Source: an uncultured delta proteobacterium | GTDB lineage: Bacteria; Desulfobacterota; Desulfobacteria; Desulfobacterales; SG8-13 | Reading direction: 5' to 3' | DNA length: 64,000 nt | Assembly (NCBI GenBank): GCA_963787235.1 | Contig: CAWBCG010000011.1 | Coordinates: 37,561-101,560 of the forward strand | Shown: piece by piece, positions 27,830 to 37,251 of the stretch | Numbering within the stretch: position 1 is the first letter of the stretch | Layout: each line of letters starts with the position of its first letter | Notes under the pieces: model-generated | Database searches by the model: none | What the model was told of the DNA's origin: nothing | What the model saw: the letters and a program-made list of their open reading frames with translations, nothing else | Program-made: the position numbers and the translations under genes

Positions 27830-28007
27830 AAAACGCTCCTTTTTGGCTCGATGATTCTGAAATTCCCCTAATCCTTGTTGGACGGGGGATTATTAGAAGT
27901 ATCCAGCATGTCGAAAAACCTTAAATATAAAGTCCTTGGAAAGACGCTTCTTTATCTCCCTAACGTTTTACAAGACGCTTTAGGACTCAAATGCACTGCA
28001 AATGTAA

Positions 28008-28023
28008 TGCAGATAGCATGCCA
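28008..28023 (-). promoter_or_regulatory. Sigma-54 (-24/-12) promoter candidate upstream of the pilin genes
   Basis: The minus strand reads CTGGCATGCTATCTGCA (TGGCAT-N5-CTGC) with canonical GG/GC spacing, about 180 nt upstream of the first pilin start (27829) and just downstream of the sigma-54 activator gene. Confidence 0.55.
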
Positions 28024-28166
28024 GATTGTGATGAAAGCGAAAAGTTATTTTTTATGAACAGATCACGAACAATTTAAAATGGTTATGCGTTTGTCGGGGT
28101 CGCCATCTTTTTTCGGGTTGACGTCTTGGAAGTATAAATCTACATAATTTGTAGGCAAATTCGTCG

Positions 28167-29537
28167 TTATTTTCCATTTTTGATGCTTTTTACATCGATG
28201 TCGTGTTTCTTGATTCGGTGCCAGAGACTGCGTTGATTGATTCCCAGCAGTTCGGTAGCGCGTACCTGCACCCCATCGGTTTTGCGAAGGGCCTCTATAA
28301 TCAGGTTTTTTTCAATCTCTGCCAGGCGATCGTCCAACGACATGTCAGGCGGGAAAATCGGCGTGGGTGTGTTTGAGGAATCGCTTTTTTCGAAGCCGCT
28401 CGCGATGGGGGCGGGGAGGTGGCCCGGTTCGATATTGCCGTCTTCACAGATGACAGAGGCCCTCTCGATCACGTTCTGCAGTTCCCGCACGTTTCCGGGC
28501 CAGGAATAGGCCATCAGCAATTGAAGCGCCGCAGACGTGATACCGACCTCTCCGGTGGTTTTGCCAAGGAAATGTTCCACCAGCGCCGGAATGTCCTCAC
28601 GTCGTTCGCGCAACGGCGGCAGGTGGAGGGTGAACACGTTGAGCCGGTAATACAGGTCTTCTCGAAAGTGACCTTCTTTGACCATTGTCTCGAGGTTCTT
28701 ATTGGTGGAGGCGATGAAGCGCACATTGACTTTGATGGTCTTGCTCCCACCGACCCGGTAGAATTCACGTTCCTGAATGATTCTTAGGATTTTTGACTGT
28801 AAGTTGAGCGGCATATCGCCGATTTCATCCAGGAAGATGGTGCCGCCGTTGGCCATGTCGAACTTACCCGGCTTAAAGGCGGTGGCCCCGGTGAAGGCCC
28901 CTTTCTCGTGACCGAACAATTCGCTCTCCAAGAGTTCCTCCGGGATGGCGGCACAATTGAGCTTGATGAACGGTTTGTCTTTTCGCAGACCCTGATCGTA
29001 AATGCTGGTGGCGACCAATTCCTTGCCGGTTCCACTTTCACCGAGAATCAGCACGGTCGAGTCAGTGGGAGACACCTTCATGATCAAGCTCATCAACGCG
29101 CGCATCGGCAGGCTTTCACCGATGATCTTCGGGAAAAAACTGCGCGATTCCAATCGGCTCAAGACGCTGGTGACCTGGTCGAACACATAGGTAAATTGCT
29201 GGATCTGGTCGCCGGAATCTTTGGATGGCGCTGTCGGGTCGCTCTCTTCAAGCGGCGTGAATTGGCGCGCATTTTCAACAAAACGTTCCACCGGTTTCAG
29301 AATCAACCGCACTAGAAGAACCCCTGACGCAAAGGCCGCTATGGCGATCAGGGCGATTGCCCAAAAAATCGGGCTGATTGTTGTCCCCGTTTTGGGTCCA
29401 AAGGGATATTGGGTGAGGTTAAAGGCGACAAGGGCCGCCAGCACTGTGAATCCCATGATGATAAAAGGGATAATAACGTAAAGGCTGATGTGAAAGCGCG
29501 GCAGATTCCTGATTTCTTTCAGGTACCTTTTCATCAT
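28167..29537 (-). CDS. Sigma-54-dependent transcriptional activator with an N-terminal two-TM membrane anchor and no receiver domain
   Basis: Two hydrophobic helices (ISLYVIIPFIIMGFTVLAALVAF; IFWAIALIAIAAFASGVLLV). AAA+ core with GESGTGKE, intact GAFTGA, RED..YRL. C-terminal Fis-type HTH (ATELLGINQRSLWHRIKK). Confidence 0.9.
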   Translation of the reverse strand: MMKRYLKEIRNLPRFHISLYVIIPFIIMGFTVLAALVAFNLTQYPFGPKTGTTISPIFWAIALIAIAAFASGVLLVRLILKPVERFVENARQFTPLEESDPTAPSKDSGDQIQQFTYVFDQVTSVLSRLESRSFFPKIIGESLPMRALMSLIMKVSPTDSTVLILGESGTGKELVATSIYDQGLRKDKPFIKLNCAAIPEELLESELFGHEKGAFTGATAFKPGKFDMANGGTIFLDEIGDMPLNLQSKILRIIQEREFYRVGGSKTIKVNVRFIASTNKNLETMVKEGHFREDLYYRLNVFTLHLPPLRERREDIPALVEHFLGKTTGEVGITSAALQLLMAYSWPGNVRELQNVIERASVICEDGNIEPGHLPAPIASGFEKSDSSNTPTPIFPPDMSLDDRLAEIEKNLIIEALRKTDGVQVRATELLGINQRSLWHRIKKHDIDVKSIKNGK

Positions 29538-29546
29538 TTTGCTTTA

Positions 29547-29685
29547 GTTTATTCAGAAATGTGCAATTTTTCGCAAGTTCAAGGAAATTGACTGTATTGC
29601 GCGGAGGCGTACTTTTGTACGCCGCACAAGCGATTCAGCCGATTGACGCCGAAATTGCGGAAAAGGGCCATTTATGGATGGAAAC
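29547..29685 (-). repeat. MITE-like repeat family 1, copy A (one terminus degenerate)
   Basis: Aligns along its length with copies at 32963-33103 and 46129-46270. Its last base is the first base of the platform-gene stop codon complement (29685-29687). Confidence 0.8.
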
Positions 29686-30902
29686 TACTTGACCATCGTG
29701 GACAGATCCCACATCGGTAAAAATATGGCCAGCGCGAAGAACCCGACCACCGCCGCAAGGCCGATGGTCAAAAGGGGACCAAGGGCTTCCGACAGTTTGC
29801 TCATCGCATATTTGACTTCGGAATCGTAATGGTCGGCGACTTCCTGCAGCATTTCCTGGAGGTTGCCGGTTTCCTCGCCGATGGCCACCATGTTGATCAA
29901 CATCGGGGTAAAATATTTTGAACTGGCAAGCGGACCGGCGATGCCCCGGCCTTCTTCCAGCAGGCTCTTCGTTTCTTCGAGATCATTTCCGATGGCGGTA
30001 TTGCCGATGGTGCCGGACAGGATGTTCATCGATTCGAGAATGTCCACCCCGCTGGCGTGCAGGATCGAAAAAATACTGGCAAACCGTGAAATCGCCGCTT
30101 TCTGGAGCAGGATGCCGATAATCGGAAGCTTGAGAATGCTTCGGTCACGAATGAAGCGGCCCGGTGGCGTGCGAAAAAAATAGAAAAGGGCGATCGCACC
30201 CACCACCAACCCGGCGATGATCAGCATCCAGTAAGCGGCCATGAAGCTGTAGAGCTTCATGCAAATGACGGTCGGCAGGGGCAGTATCAATCCGGCGCTT
30301 TTGAAAATGCTGGCAAATTTTGGGATGACGAAGGTCAGCAGGACGATAAAGGCAATGATCAGAAAAGCGACGACGATGGCCGGATATTGCAATGCCGACT
30401 TGATGTCGGATTTGACCTTTTGTTCGTGTTCCAGGATATAGGTCAACCGATGGAGTATTTCGGGCAGCGCACCGCTGGCCTCACCGGCCTGCACCATGCT
30501 GCAGTAGAGCGGTGAAAAAACGCGGGGATGCCTGCGAAAGGCTTCGGTCAGACTGGCACCTTCGTTGATGTCCTGGTGCATCACGGAGATGACTTTTTTG
30601 AGCTTTACGTTCTCGGTCTGATCTTCCAGGATCGACAACAGGCTCAGCATCGAGACTCCGGCACGGATCATGGTGCGGAACTGTTTTGTGAAAAGAATGA
30701 TTTCCGATGTCCGAATCGGGGAGAGTTGATCTTGTAAGGCTTTGAAATTGATCCCCGCGCCGGCACCGATTGCTTTGACCCGGGTTGGGATGTATCCCAT
30801 TGCAGTGAGCTTGTTGTTGGCGGAATCGGTTGAATCGGCCTCGATGAAGCCGGAACCGGTTTCGCCGGTTTCGGTGATAACCTTGTAGGCGTATTTCGGC
30901 AT
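29685..30902 (-). CDS. Type IV pilus / T2SS platform protein (GspF/PilC/MshG family)
   Basis: ATG 30902 with GAGGA RBS (MPKYAYKVITETGE...). Two GspF-type repeats and 3 TM segments. The ORF track extends to 30992. Confidence 0.9.
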   Translation of the reverse strand: MPKYAYKVITETGETGSGFIEADSTDSANNKLTAMGYIPTRVKAIGAGAGINFKALQDQLSPIRTSEIILFTKQFRTMIRAGVSMLSLLSILEDQTENVKLKKVISVMHQDINEGASLTEAFRRHPRVFSPLYCSMVQAGEASGALPEILHRLTYILEHEQKVKSDIKSALQYPAIVVAFLIIAFIVLLTFVIPKFASIFKSAGLILPLPTVICMKLYSFMAAYWMLIIAGLVVGAIALFYFFRTPPGRFIRDRSILKLPIIGILLQKAAISRFASIFSILHASGVDILESMNILSGTIGNTAIGNDLEETKSLLEEGRGIAGPLASSKYFTPMLINMVAIGEETGNLQEMLQEVADHYDSEVKYAMSKLSEALGPLLTIGLAAVVGFFALAIFLPMWDLSTMVK

Positions 30903-31035
30903 TTGTTCCTCTATGGCCGTGGCGGCGGTCCCTTCCGTCAGCAGCCAGAAATTAGCGGTGGCAATAAGAATACAATAGATTACGCCGGGCAACCGGATTT
31001 TATGGGTTTACCGAGAACCACTATTCGGCAGCCCG

Positions 31036-32811
31036 TTACGTTAATACCGCTGATGCGGCCTCCTCGAACGTCGTGATACCCAGTTTGATTTTTTGCGCGG
31101 CATCTTCCTTCAACGTCATGAAATGACCGGCTTCTTTTGCGGCGCGTCCGATTTTGTGGGATGACTGCTTTTTCAGGATCATGTTTTGAATCATGTCGTC
31201 GATCAACAGCACTTCGTAAATGCCGGTTCGGCCTTTGTACCCCGTGTGCATGCAGTTGTAGCATCCGGTTCCGTGCAGAAAACTGGCATGGCGGTTGTTC
31301 GTCAGACCCCAGTATTCGAGGACTTCCGGAGGGGCATTGTGTGGTTTTTTGCAGTGGGGGCAGATGGTCCGAACCAGACGTTGGGCAAAGGATACGATCA
31401 TCGTCGAGGCCACCAGAAAAGGTTCGATGCCCATGTCGATGAAACGGGTAATTGCGCCGGCGGCGTCATTTGTATGCAGAGTGCTCAACACCTTGTGGCC
31501 GGTCAAAGCGGCCTGGACGGCCACCGTGGCGGTCTCGGAGTCGCGGATTTCGCCGACCATGATGACATCCGGGTCCTGGCGCAGGATCGACCTCAGACCG
31601 TCCGCAAAGGTCATCCCCGCTTTGCGGTTGAGCTGGACCTGGCAGATTTTTTCGATCCGATATTCCACCGGGTCTTCGACCGTGATGATGTTGGTGTCCG
31701 GTTTGTTTATGGTTTTGAGGATCGAATACAAGCTGGTGCTCTTGCCACTGCCTGTCGGTCCGGTGCTCAGGATCATGCCGTATGAACGGTTGATGACCGA
31801 AACGAGTTTGCCCCGATCCATCTCCGACATGCCGAGGCGTTCGAGAGAGTAGACCCCGCTGCTGGTGTCGAGCAACCGCAGCACCAGATTCTCGCCGTAG
31901 ATGGACGGTATGGTCGACGTCCGAATATTAATCTCCTTGTTTTTCATCTTGACCGTGAAACGGCCGTCCTGGGGAACGCGTGCAATGGAGATGTCCATGT
32001 TGGCGAGAATCTTGAGTCTGGAGATGATCGGCAGGAACATCGACTTGGGCGGGGCGGGCACATCGTGAAGTTTGCCGTCGACACGGAAGCGCACCTGCAC
32101 ATAATCTTTTTCCGGGCTGATGTGAATGTCGCTGGCACCCTCACGGACGGCTTGCGACAGAATCGAGTTGACCAAACGGATAACCGGAGCCTCTTCGGCC
32201 ATGCCCTGCAGGGAACTGACCTCGACGTCCTCCGTCACCGCGGCCTTTTCGATCTCCTTATCGTACTGCATCTCCTCCATGTCTTCCAACACACCACCGA
32301 TACCCGAATAAGTGCCGTAGAGTGTGCTCAGAAGCTGGTTCAGATCCTGTTCGGTGCAGATCACCGTTTCGACTTCGTTGTTGGTATACACCTCGATCGC
32401 ATCGACGGCATTGATATCCATCGGGTCGATCATGGCGATCGTCAGGAGCAGATGGTTTTTTTTAAGCGGCACAGCCTGGTAGCGAAAGGCCATATCAGCG
32501 GGGATGACGTTGGCCAACTCGGTGTCGATCTGGTAGGCTTCTGCCGAGTATTTTTCCAGATTCAACTGGTTGGAGACCATTTCGACGATCTGAACCTCAC
32601 TGACAATACCCTCGCGCACAAGAAACTGACCCAGCTTCAGACCGGATTTTTTTTGGTACGGTAGGGCTTCCTCAAGCTGCGACCGGGTTAAAAGCCCGCC
32701 TTCAATGAGTATTTCTCCCAATCGCTTTTTCGTTTTCAATTTTTTAGTCTCACCGGCTTGCCTGCTGCCGCCGCTATCGAGGGGCATCGGGTTATTTGGG
32801 TTTGGTTTCAT
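31036..32811 (-). CDS. mshE: Type IV pilus assembly ATPase, MshE/PilB type, with an N-terminal MshEN (T2SSE_N) domain
   Basis: GspE-family core (Walker A GPTGSGKST, Asp box, Walker B, tetracysteine CPHC...CYNC). The N-terminus carries two tandem 24-residue c-di-GMP-binding-type motifs. Confidence 0.9.
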   Translation of the reverse strand: MKPNPNNPMPLDSGGSRQAGETKKLKTKKRLGEILIEGGLLTRSQLEEALPYQKKSGLKLGQFLVREGIVSEVQIVEMVSNQLNLEKYSAEAYQIDTELANVIPADMAFRYQAVPLKKNHLLLTIAMIDPMDINAVDAIEVYTNNEVETVICTEQDLNQLLSTLYGTYSGIGGVLEDMEEMQYDKEIEKAAVTEDVEVSSLQGMAEEAPVIRLVNSILSQAVREGASDIHISPEKDYVQVRFRVDGKLHDVPAPPKSMFLPIISRLKILANMDISIARVPQDGRFTVKMKNKEINIRTSTIPSIYGENLVLRLLDTSSGVYSLERLGMSEMDRGKLVSVINRSYGMILSTGPTGSGKSTSLYSILKTINKPDTNIITVEDPVEYRIEKICQVQLNRKAGMTFADGLRSILRQDPDVIMVGEIRDSETATVAVQAALTGHKVLSTLHTNDAAGAITRFIDMGIEPFLVASTMIVSFAQRLVRTICPHCKKPHNAPPEVLEYWGLTNNRHASFLHGTGCYNCMHTGYKGRTGIYEVLLIDDMIQNMILKKQSSHKIGRAAKEAGHFMTLKEDAAQKIKLGITTFEEAASAVLT

Positions 32812-32962
32812 AATCTTTTTGACAAACTCCTCATTTGCACCCGTGTTCCTGGATGCTTCGATTCGCGAACGCGAAATCGTATTTAGAAGAATAAAAATTG
32901 ATCGGCTGCTCAGTCAGCAATTAGCTTGTGCCCATCCACGGTTTTTTTGAGGGCACTGGTAA

Positions 32963-33103
32963 GTTTCCGATCCAGAAATGTGCCATTTTCTGCAAGTTCA
33001 AGGAAATCAAAGAATTGCGCGGAGGCATACTACTGTATGCCGCACAAGCGATTCCGCCGATTGACGCCGAAATTGCGGAAAAGGGCCATTTATGGACGGA
33101 AAC
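32963..33103 (-). repeat. MITE-like repeat family 1, copy B (full length, 141 nt)
   Basis: Termini GTTTCCGATCCA...TGGACGGAAAC. Central hairpin GGCATAC-TACT-GTATGCC. Lies between the ExeA-like and mshE genes. Confidence 0.85.
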
Positions 33104-33110
33104 GAGCTTG

Positions 33111-34817
33111 TCAACCATTGGTGCGACGGTGTTGATGTCCAAAAAACGGGTCTCTGTAAAAGACCGTTTCAGGCGACCAGATCGATACGATTCGGCTCTC
33201 CTGTGAGAGGGCCGTCGGCAGATGTTCTAATGTAATCCGGGCCGTCAAGGGGTCGAAAAAAAAACGGTTTAACAACAGGTCGAACTGGATGCCGGTTCGC
33301 GGGGTCCAGTAAGAGACGATCCTGACCTGGCGGGCATTGCCGGTCAAGGAGCGTAATAAAACATAGGCGTCTTCGAGACTCCGGCGGTGCGCGACACTGA
33401 TCCACCACACGGGATCGGCAAGAGGACGGACATCCGCCGGAATAGCCGGTATCCGCACCATCTGGCCCACCTGAACCAGGTTGGGATCGGTAATGAGCGG
33501 GTTGGCGAGCAACAGGGATTCAAAGAGCGCGGAACTGACATCGCCGTAGATGGTTTCTATCAACCCGTAAAGATTTTCGTTGGGCATGATGGTGATCTGT
33601 CCGAGTTCATGGGGCGTTTCGAGCTGTGGCGGGTTTGTGACTGTCGCAGGCCCCGCCGATTGTAAACTGGCGGCCAGATCGGCAGTAACCGGAGCAGTGC
33701 CCCCGGACACGGGCTGCACAGCTGGGGCTGCAGGTGGTGATACAGGGGGTGCAGGGGGCGCTGGTAAGTCGGTTGCAGCGGAATGCGGCATCATGGGCGC
33801 AGGTAGCGGTTCCGGCATGACGTCGATTTTGCGATAGCTGACCGTTGAACGACTGGACTGCGGGTCGGTCAACGAGGAGTCGGTTTGAGCCGATAATCGC
33901 AGGTGTCGAATGTCGATTGCCGCGATACCGATCGCCAAAAACAGGAGTGGGATGCCAACGGACAGAGCCAGACGTTTGATGCGTCGGCTACGGTGTGGAA
34001 ATACACGCCGGATGCAGGTCCGGGCCAGAAAGAGATCAACCGATGGTCGACTCTGAATGATCATCGTCAGGATGCATCGGTGGCACAGATTGATGATTTT
34101 ACGGGGGTATCCCCTCGAAGCCACGTAGATGGCGATCAGTGCCGGCAGGCTGAAATACGTGTAGGCTTTGTAATTCGTGCTCGATTTCTCGAGCCGGAAG
34201 CGGATCATGGCGCGGGTATCGCCGAAACTCATCGGTTTCAAATGGTGATACAAATTGATCCGGTCGGCAAAATTGGCATAGTGGTCGATCGTGTTTTGAA
34301 ATTCCGTTTGGGCGAATATGACGATCTGCAGCAATTTGTATTCATTGGTCTCGTAGTTCAAGAACTCCCGCAGCAGTTCCAGACAAAACGCCGGCAATTT
34401 CTGACCCTCGTCGATGATGAGAACGACTGTCTTTTTTTCATCCACGCCGCGCTTAAAGAGATGGTTTTTGACCACTTCCTTCATCTGCCAGTCCCGGGCC
34501 TCTTCCGGTGGCCGCCGGCCGGTCAGCATTTCAATGATCGTCACTAAAAATTCCGCGGTGCTCGAAAAGCCGGGATCCAGAACGAGGTGGGTTTCAAATT
34601 CATTGGTCTTGGTAAACCGACGGATCAACTGGCGGCAAAGGGTGGTCTTGCCGGTGCCGACATCGCCGATGATGACGTTCAGACCGCGGCGCAACCGCAG
34701 GGCGAGTTCTAACTTTTGCAGGCATTCGAGATGCTGTTGGGAACCGTAGAAAAATTCAGGATCCGGCGAGTTGGAAAACGGTTCCTTGTCGAGGTTGACG
34801 ATGCTGAAATATTCCAT
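33111..34817 (-). CDS. ExeA/GspA/MshM-like AAA ATPase with TM segment, Pro/Ala-rich linker and C-terminal peptidoglycan-binding-like region
   Basis: N-terminal FSNSPDPEFFYGSQQH...IIGDVGTGKTTLCRQL (ExeA-type Walker A). TM LALSVGIPLLFLAIGIAAI. LysM-like NENLYGLIETIYG...VQVGQMVRIP. Further C-terminal beta-rich domain. Confidence 0.85.
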   Translation of the reverse strand: MEYFSIVNLDKEPFSNSPDPEFFYGSQQHLECLQKLELALRLRRGLNVIIGDVGTGKTTLCRQLIRRFTKTNEFETHLVLDPGFSSTAEFLVTIIEMLTGRRPPEEARDWQMKEVVKNHLFKRGVDEKKTVVLIIDEGQKLPAFCLELLREFLNYETNEYKLLQIVIFAQTEFQNTIDHYANFADRINLYHHLKPMSFGDTRAMIRFRLEKSSTNYKAYTYFSLPALIAIYVASRGYPRKIINLCHRCILTMIIQSRPSVDLFLARTCIRRVFPHRSRRIKRLALSVGIPLLFLAIGIAAIDIRHLRLSAQTDSSLTDPQSSRSTVSYRKIDVMPEPLPAPMMPHSAATDLPAPPAPPVSPPAAPAVQPVSGGTAPVTADLAASLQSAGPATVTNPPQLETPHELGQITIMPNENLYGLIETIYGDVSSALFESLLLANPLITDPNLVQVGQMVRIPAIPADVRPLADPVWWISVAHRRSLEDAYVLLRSLTGNARQVRIVSYWTPRTGIQFDLLLNRFFFDPLTARITLEHLPTALSQESRIVSIWSPETVFYRDPFFGHQHRRTNG

Positions 34818-34928
34818 GGTGGCCGGTGGGTGGTGCCAAAAACAAAATTAGAATACCATCAAGGAGCGCAAAAAGATGAACAGATTATGCTTCGAAACCC
34901 TTCATTAAACTTTTAGGTTGGGACGGCT

Positions 34929-36509
34929 TCACTGTGTGGGGTAAGGCGCAATGGAAGAAGACGTGGCCGTGCCTGCCGCTTTTTCTTCCAGTATGTAAGG
35001 CGTGATGAAAATAAGCACATCTTCCATAGCGCCGCTGCGGGACCGACTACCGAAAAGCCATCCAAGCCCTGGTACGTCTTTCAGATACGGGATTCCGGCC
35101 TGGTTGGAGGCCGTTGTCTCTTTATTCAAGCCACCGATGACCGTTGTCTGCCCATTCAACAGGATGACGTTGGTCTCGGCTTTTTTTGTAATGATGGTGG
35201 GGTTGCCGGCAACCGGCCGGGAAAAATCGGGTTCGTCCTTGTTGGTGAGAATCTTTAATTTCAAAGCGTCCTCATCGATGACATTCGGAGTGACTTCCAG
35301 TCGAAGAGTTGCCTGAACATATTCGATATTGACCTCTCCGTTTTCCACGGTCTGAATCGGGATCCTGCTGCCGGACTCTATCAGGGCGATTTGGTTCTCC
35401 AGGGTTGTGATCGAGGGACTCGAGAGAATGTTGAGCCGACCTTCATTCTGCAGGGCCTGCAGCTGCAGGGAAAGGGCGCTTCGGCCGACATTTTGGAACA
35501 GGAAACCCAGCGACAAACCGATGTTGTCCTGGAGGTTTATCGGGAAATTGGAAATATTTCCCAAAGGCCATAGATATTCGATCGGGTCGCCGTTTTCGTC
35601 TTTGATTGACCTTCTGTCCTCGAAATTGACGCTGTCGGGCCCCACCCAGATGTTGTTGTCGTTCGAGGTGCCGTAGAACAGCCCCCCCCACTGCACACCG
35701 AGAGCTCTGGCCGTGTCGTTGCTGGTCTCAACAATGTAGGCCTGGATCAAAATCTGGGCGATCGGGCGGTCGATCTGGTCCACCACGGCCAGCATGCGGC
35801 GCAGGTCACTGGGAATGGCCTGGATGATCAGGGAGTTGGTGTGTTCGTCAACCAGCACCGACCCCAAAGGCTTGCCTTCCCTGTCGAGCGACAGGAACTG
35901 CTGCATGTTTTCCCGTAGCGTGGCCGCGCTGGCATAGCTGATTTTGACTACTTCGGTCGTCAGCGGCTCGGCCTTATCGAGCTCATTTCTTTGTTCTTCA
36001 CGCTTCAGCTCGGTCTCCATGTCCTGCACCGTCATGACACGGATGATGTCCCCCTCCCAGGCATAGGTCAGCCCCTGGGTGCGCAGTATGCTTTTAAAAA
36101 CCTGATCCCAGGGAGCTTCCGTGATATTGATGTTGATCTTGCCCGTGACCTTATCGTTGAGCATGATATTCTGATTGGCAATCCGGGCCAGGGCTCGCAA
36201 CAAAACCGGAACGTCGATGTCGTTCATTTTCATGGTGATTTTACGGGACGGCAGCGGCTTTTCCGGGGGCGGTTTCAAAACATCGGGTTTGGCGGCTGCG
36301 CCTCCATGGTCGCCGGCCATCGATTCCCGTCCGTGTTTTTTGGGCGATGGAGAATACGCCTGGGAATCGGCCACCCTGGCTTTCCATTCCTCGAAAATGC
36401 CCTTCTCAGACGGAGGCGGAGGCGTTGTGCAGCCAATAATAAGGGCGGTCACCAGCAAGAAGCTGACCAGACGCACCAAGAATTGAACGGTTCTGTCGTA
36501 GGATGCCAT
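34929..36509 (-). CDS. Secretin (PilQ/MshL/GspD family), lipoprotein-type signal
   Basis: Lipobox LIIGC. N-domain repeats. Secretin C-domain blocks (VLVDEHTNSLII, TTVIGGL, GIPYLKDVPGLGWLFG, LIFITPYI). Confidence 0.9.
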   Translation of the reverse strand: MASYDRTVQFLVRLVSFLLVTALIIGCTTPPPPSEKGIFEEWKARVADSQAYSPSPKKHGRESMAGDHGGAAAKPDVLKPPPEKPLPSRKITMKMNDIDVPVLLRALARIANQNIMLNDKVTGKININITEAPWDQVFKSILRTQGLTYAWEGDIIRVMTVQDMETELKREEQRNELDKAEPLTTEVVKISYASAATLRENMQQFLSLDREGKPLGSVLVDEHTNSLIIQAIPSDLRRMLAVVDQIDRPIAQILIQAYIVETSNDTARALGVQWGGLFYGTSNDNNIWVGPDSVNFEDRRSIKDENGDPIEYLWPLGNISNFPINLQDNIGLSLGFLFQNVGRSALSLQLQALQNEGRLNILSSPSITTLENQIALIESGSRIPIQTVENGEVNIEYVQATLRLEVTPNVIDEDALKLKILTNKDEPDFSRPVAGNPTIITKKAETNVILLNGQTTVIGGLNKETTASNQAGIPYLKDVPGLGWLFGSRSRSGAMEDVLIFITPYILEEKAAGTATSSSIAPYPTQ

Positions 36510-36523
36510 TTTCCCCTGCTGCT

Positions 36524-37039
36524 CTATTGCATTTCTTCCAATTTGACGGTGATCTTCTTTTTTTTGCCTTGCATGCCCACAACCACCCTGTTCGGGTGGA
36601 TCTCCTCGACGATATGGGCGCCGTCCGGCAGTTTTTCGCCTTTTTCGTATTCGATGCCGTTGATGATGGCGAGATTTCGGTTACCCATGTTTAAAAAACC
36701 CGAATAGACGATGCCAAGCTCCTGGGCGGTTGCACCCTTTTTAACCTCGTCCAGTTTTTCCTTTTCCGGTTTGAACGCGACTTCTTTTCTGGTGTTCAAG
36801 AGAGGATCTTTGGTCCATTTGACCGGGATTTTATCGATGATGTAGGTTTCCTCTTCCGAAACGCCCCCCTTGACCAGTGTGGCGACATTCGTGATGAATT
36901 TATTGAATGTGTCCAGCTTGTTTCCGGAGGCGGCCAGTTTCGGTTTGCCCGGTGACGGGTTTTCAAGAAACAGGGCATAGAAACCGTAAACGATCGTCAG
37001 CGCCATTATGATCAGAATAACTTTTTCCCGCTTGGACAT
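36524..37039 (-). CDS. PilP/MshK-like pilus assembly protein
   Basis: Single N-terminal TM. C-terminal YSGFLNMGNRNLAIINGIEYEKGEKL...IVEEIHPNRVVV pattern typical of PilP/GspC-like HR domains. Start uncertain (37039 or 37087). Confidence 0.55.
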   Translation of the reverse strand: MSKREKVILIIMALTIVYGFYALFLENPSPGKPKLAASGNKLDTFNKFITNVATLVKGGVSEEETYIIDKIPVKWTKDPLLNTRKEVAFKPEKEKLDEVKKGATAQELGIVYSGFLNMGNRNLAIINGIEYEKGEKLPDGAHIVEEIHPNRVVVGMQGKKKKITVKLEEMQ

Positions 37040-37251
37040 TTTCGGGGCCTTAAGGGATGTACGGCCGTGATCCGGAGCTGTGATCAATCAGTCGGTGCCC
37101 GCAAGGCCCGACGCTGAAAGAAGGGCTCCAGTCGTAAAACCGCATGAATTGTATTATCATATCACTATTCAACCATCAAATTAAGAGAAGATTTCTGGAT
37201 CGAAAACCGACCAGTGCCATCATAAATAAATTCGTGGCTGGACATGACCTG

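Noticed and set aside
32926-33135. Conserved small 'proteins' encoded inside repeat copies: this ORF, 46016-46273, 10216-10452 and 42814-43008
   Set aside because: The amino-acid similarity (for example HKRFRRLTPKLRKRAIYGRK and MKCEAYFTGAAPCKRLQL) simply reflects nucleotide-level repeat identity. The elements have TIRs and hairpins and lie in varied contexts. There is no RBS or start-codon conservation.
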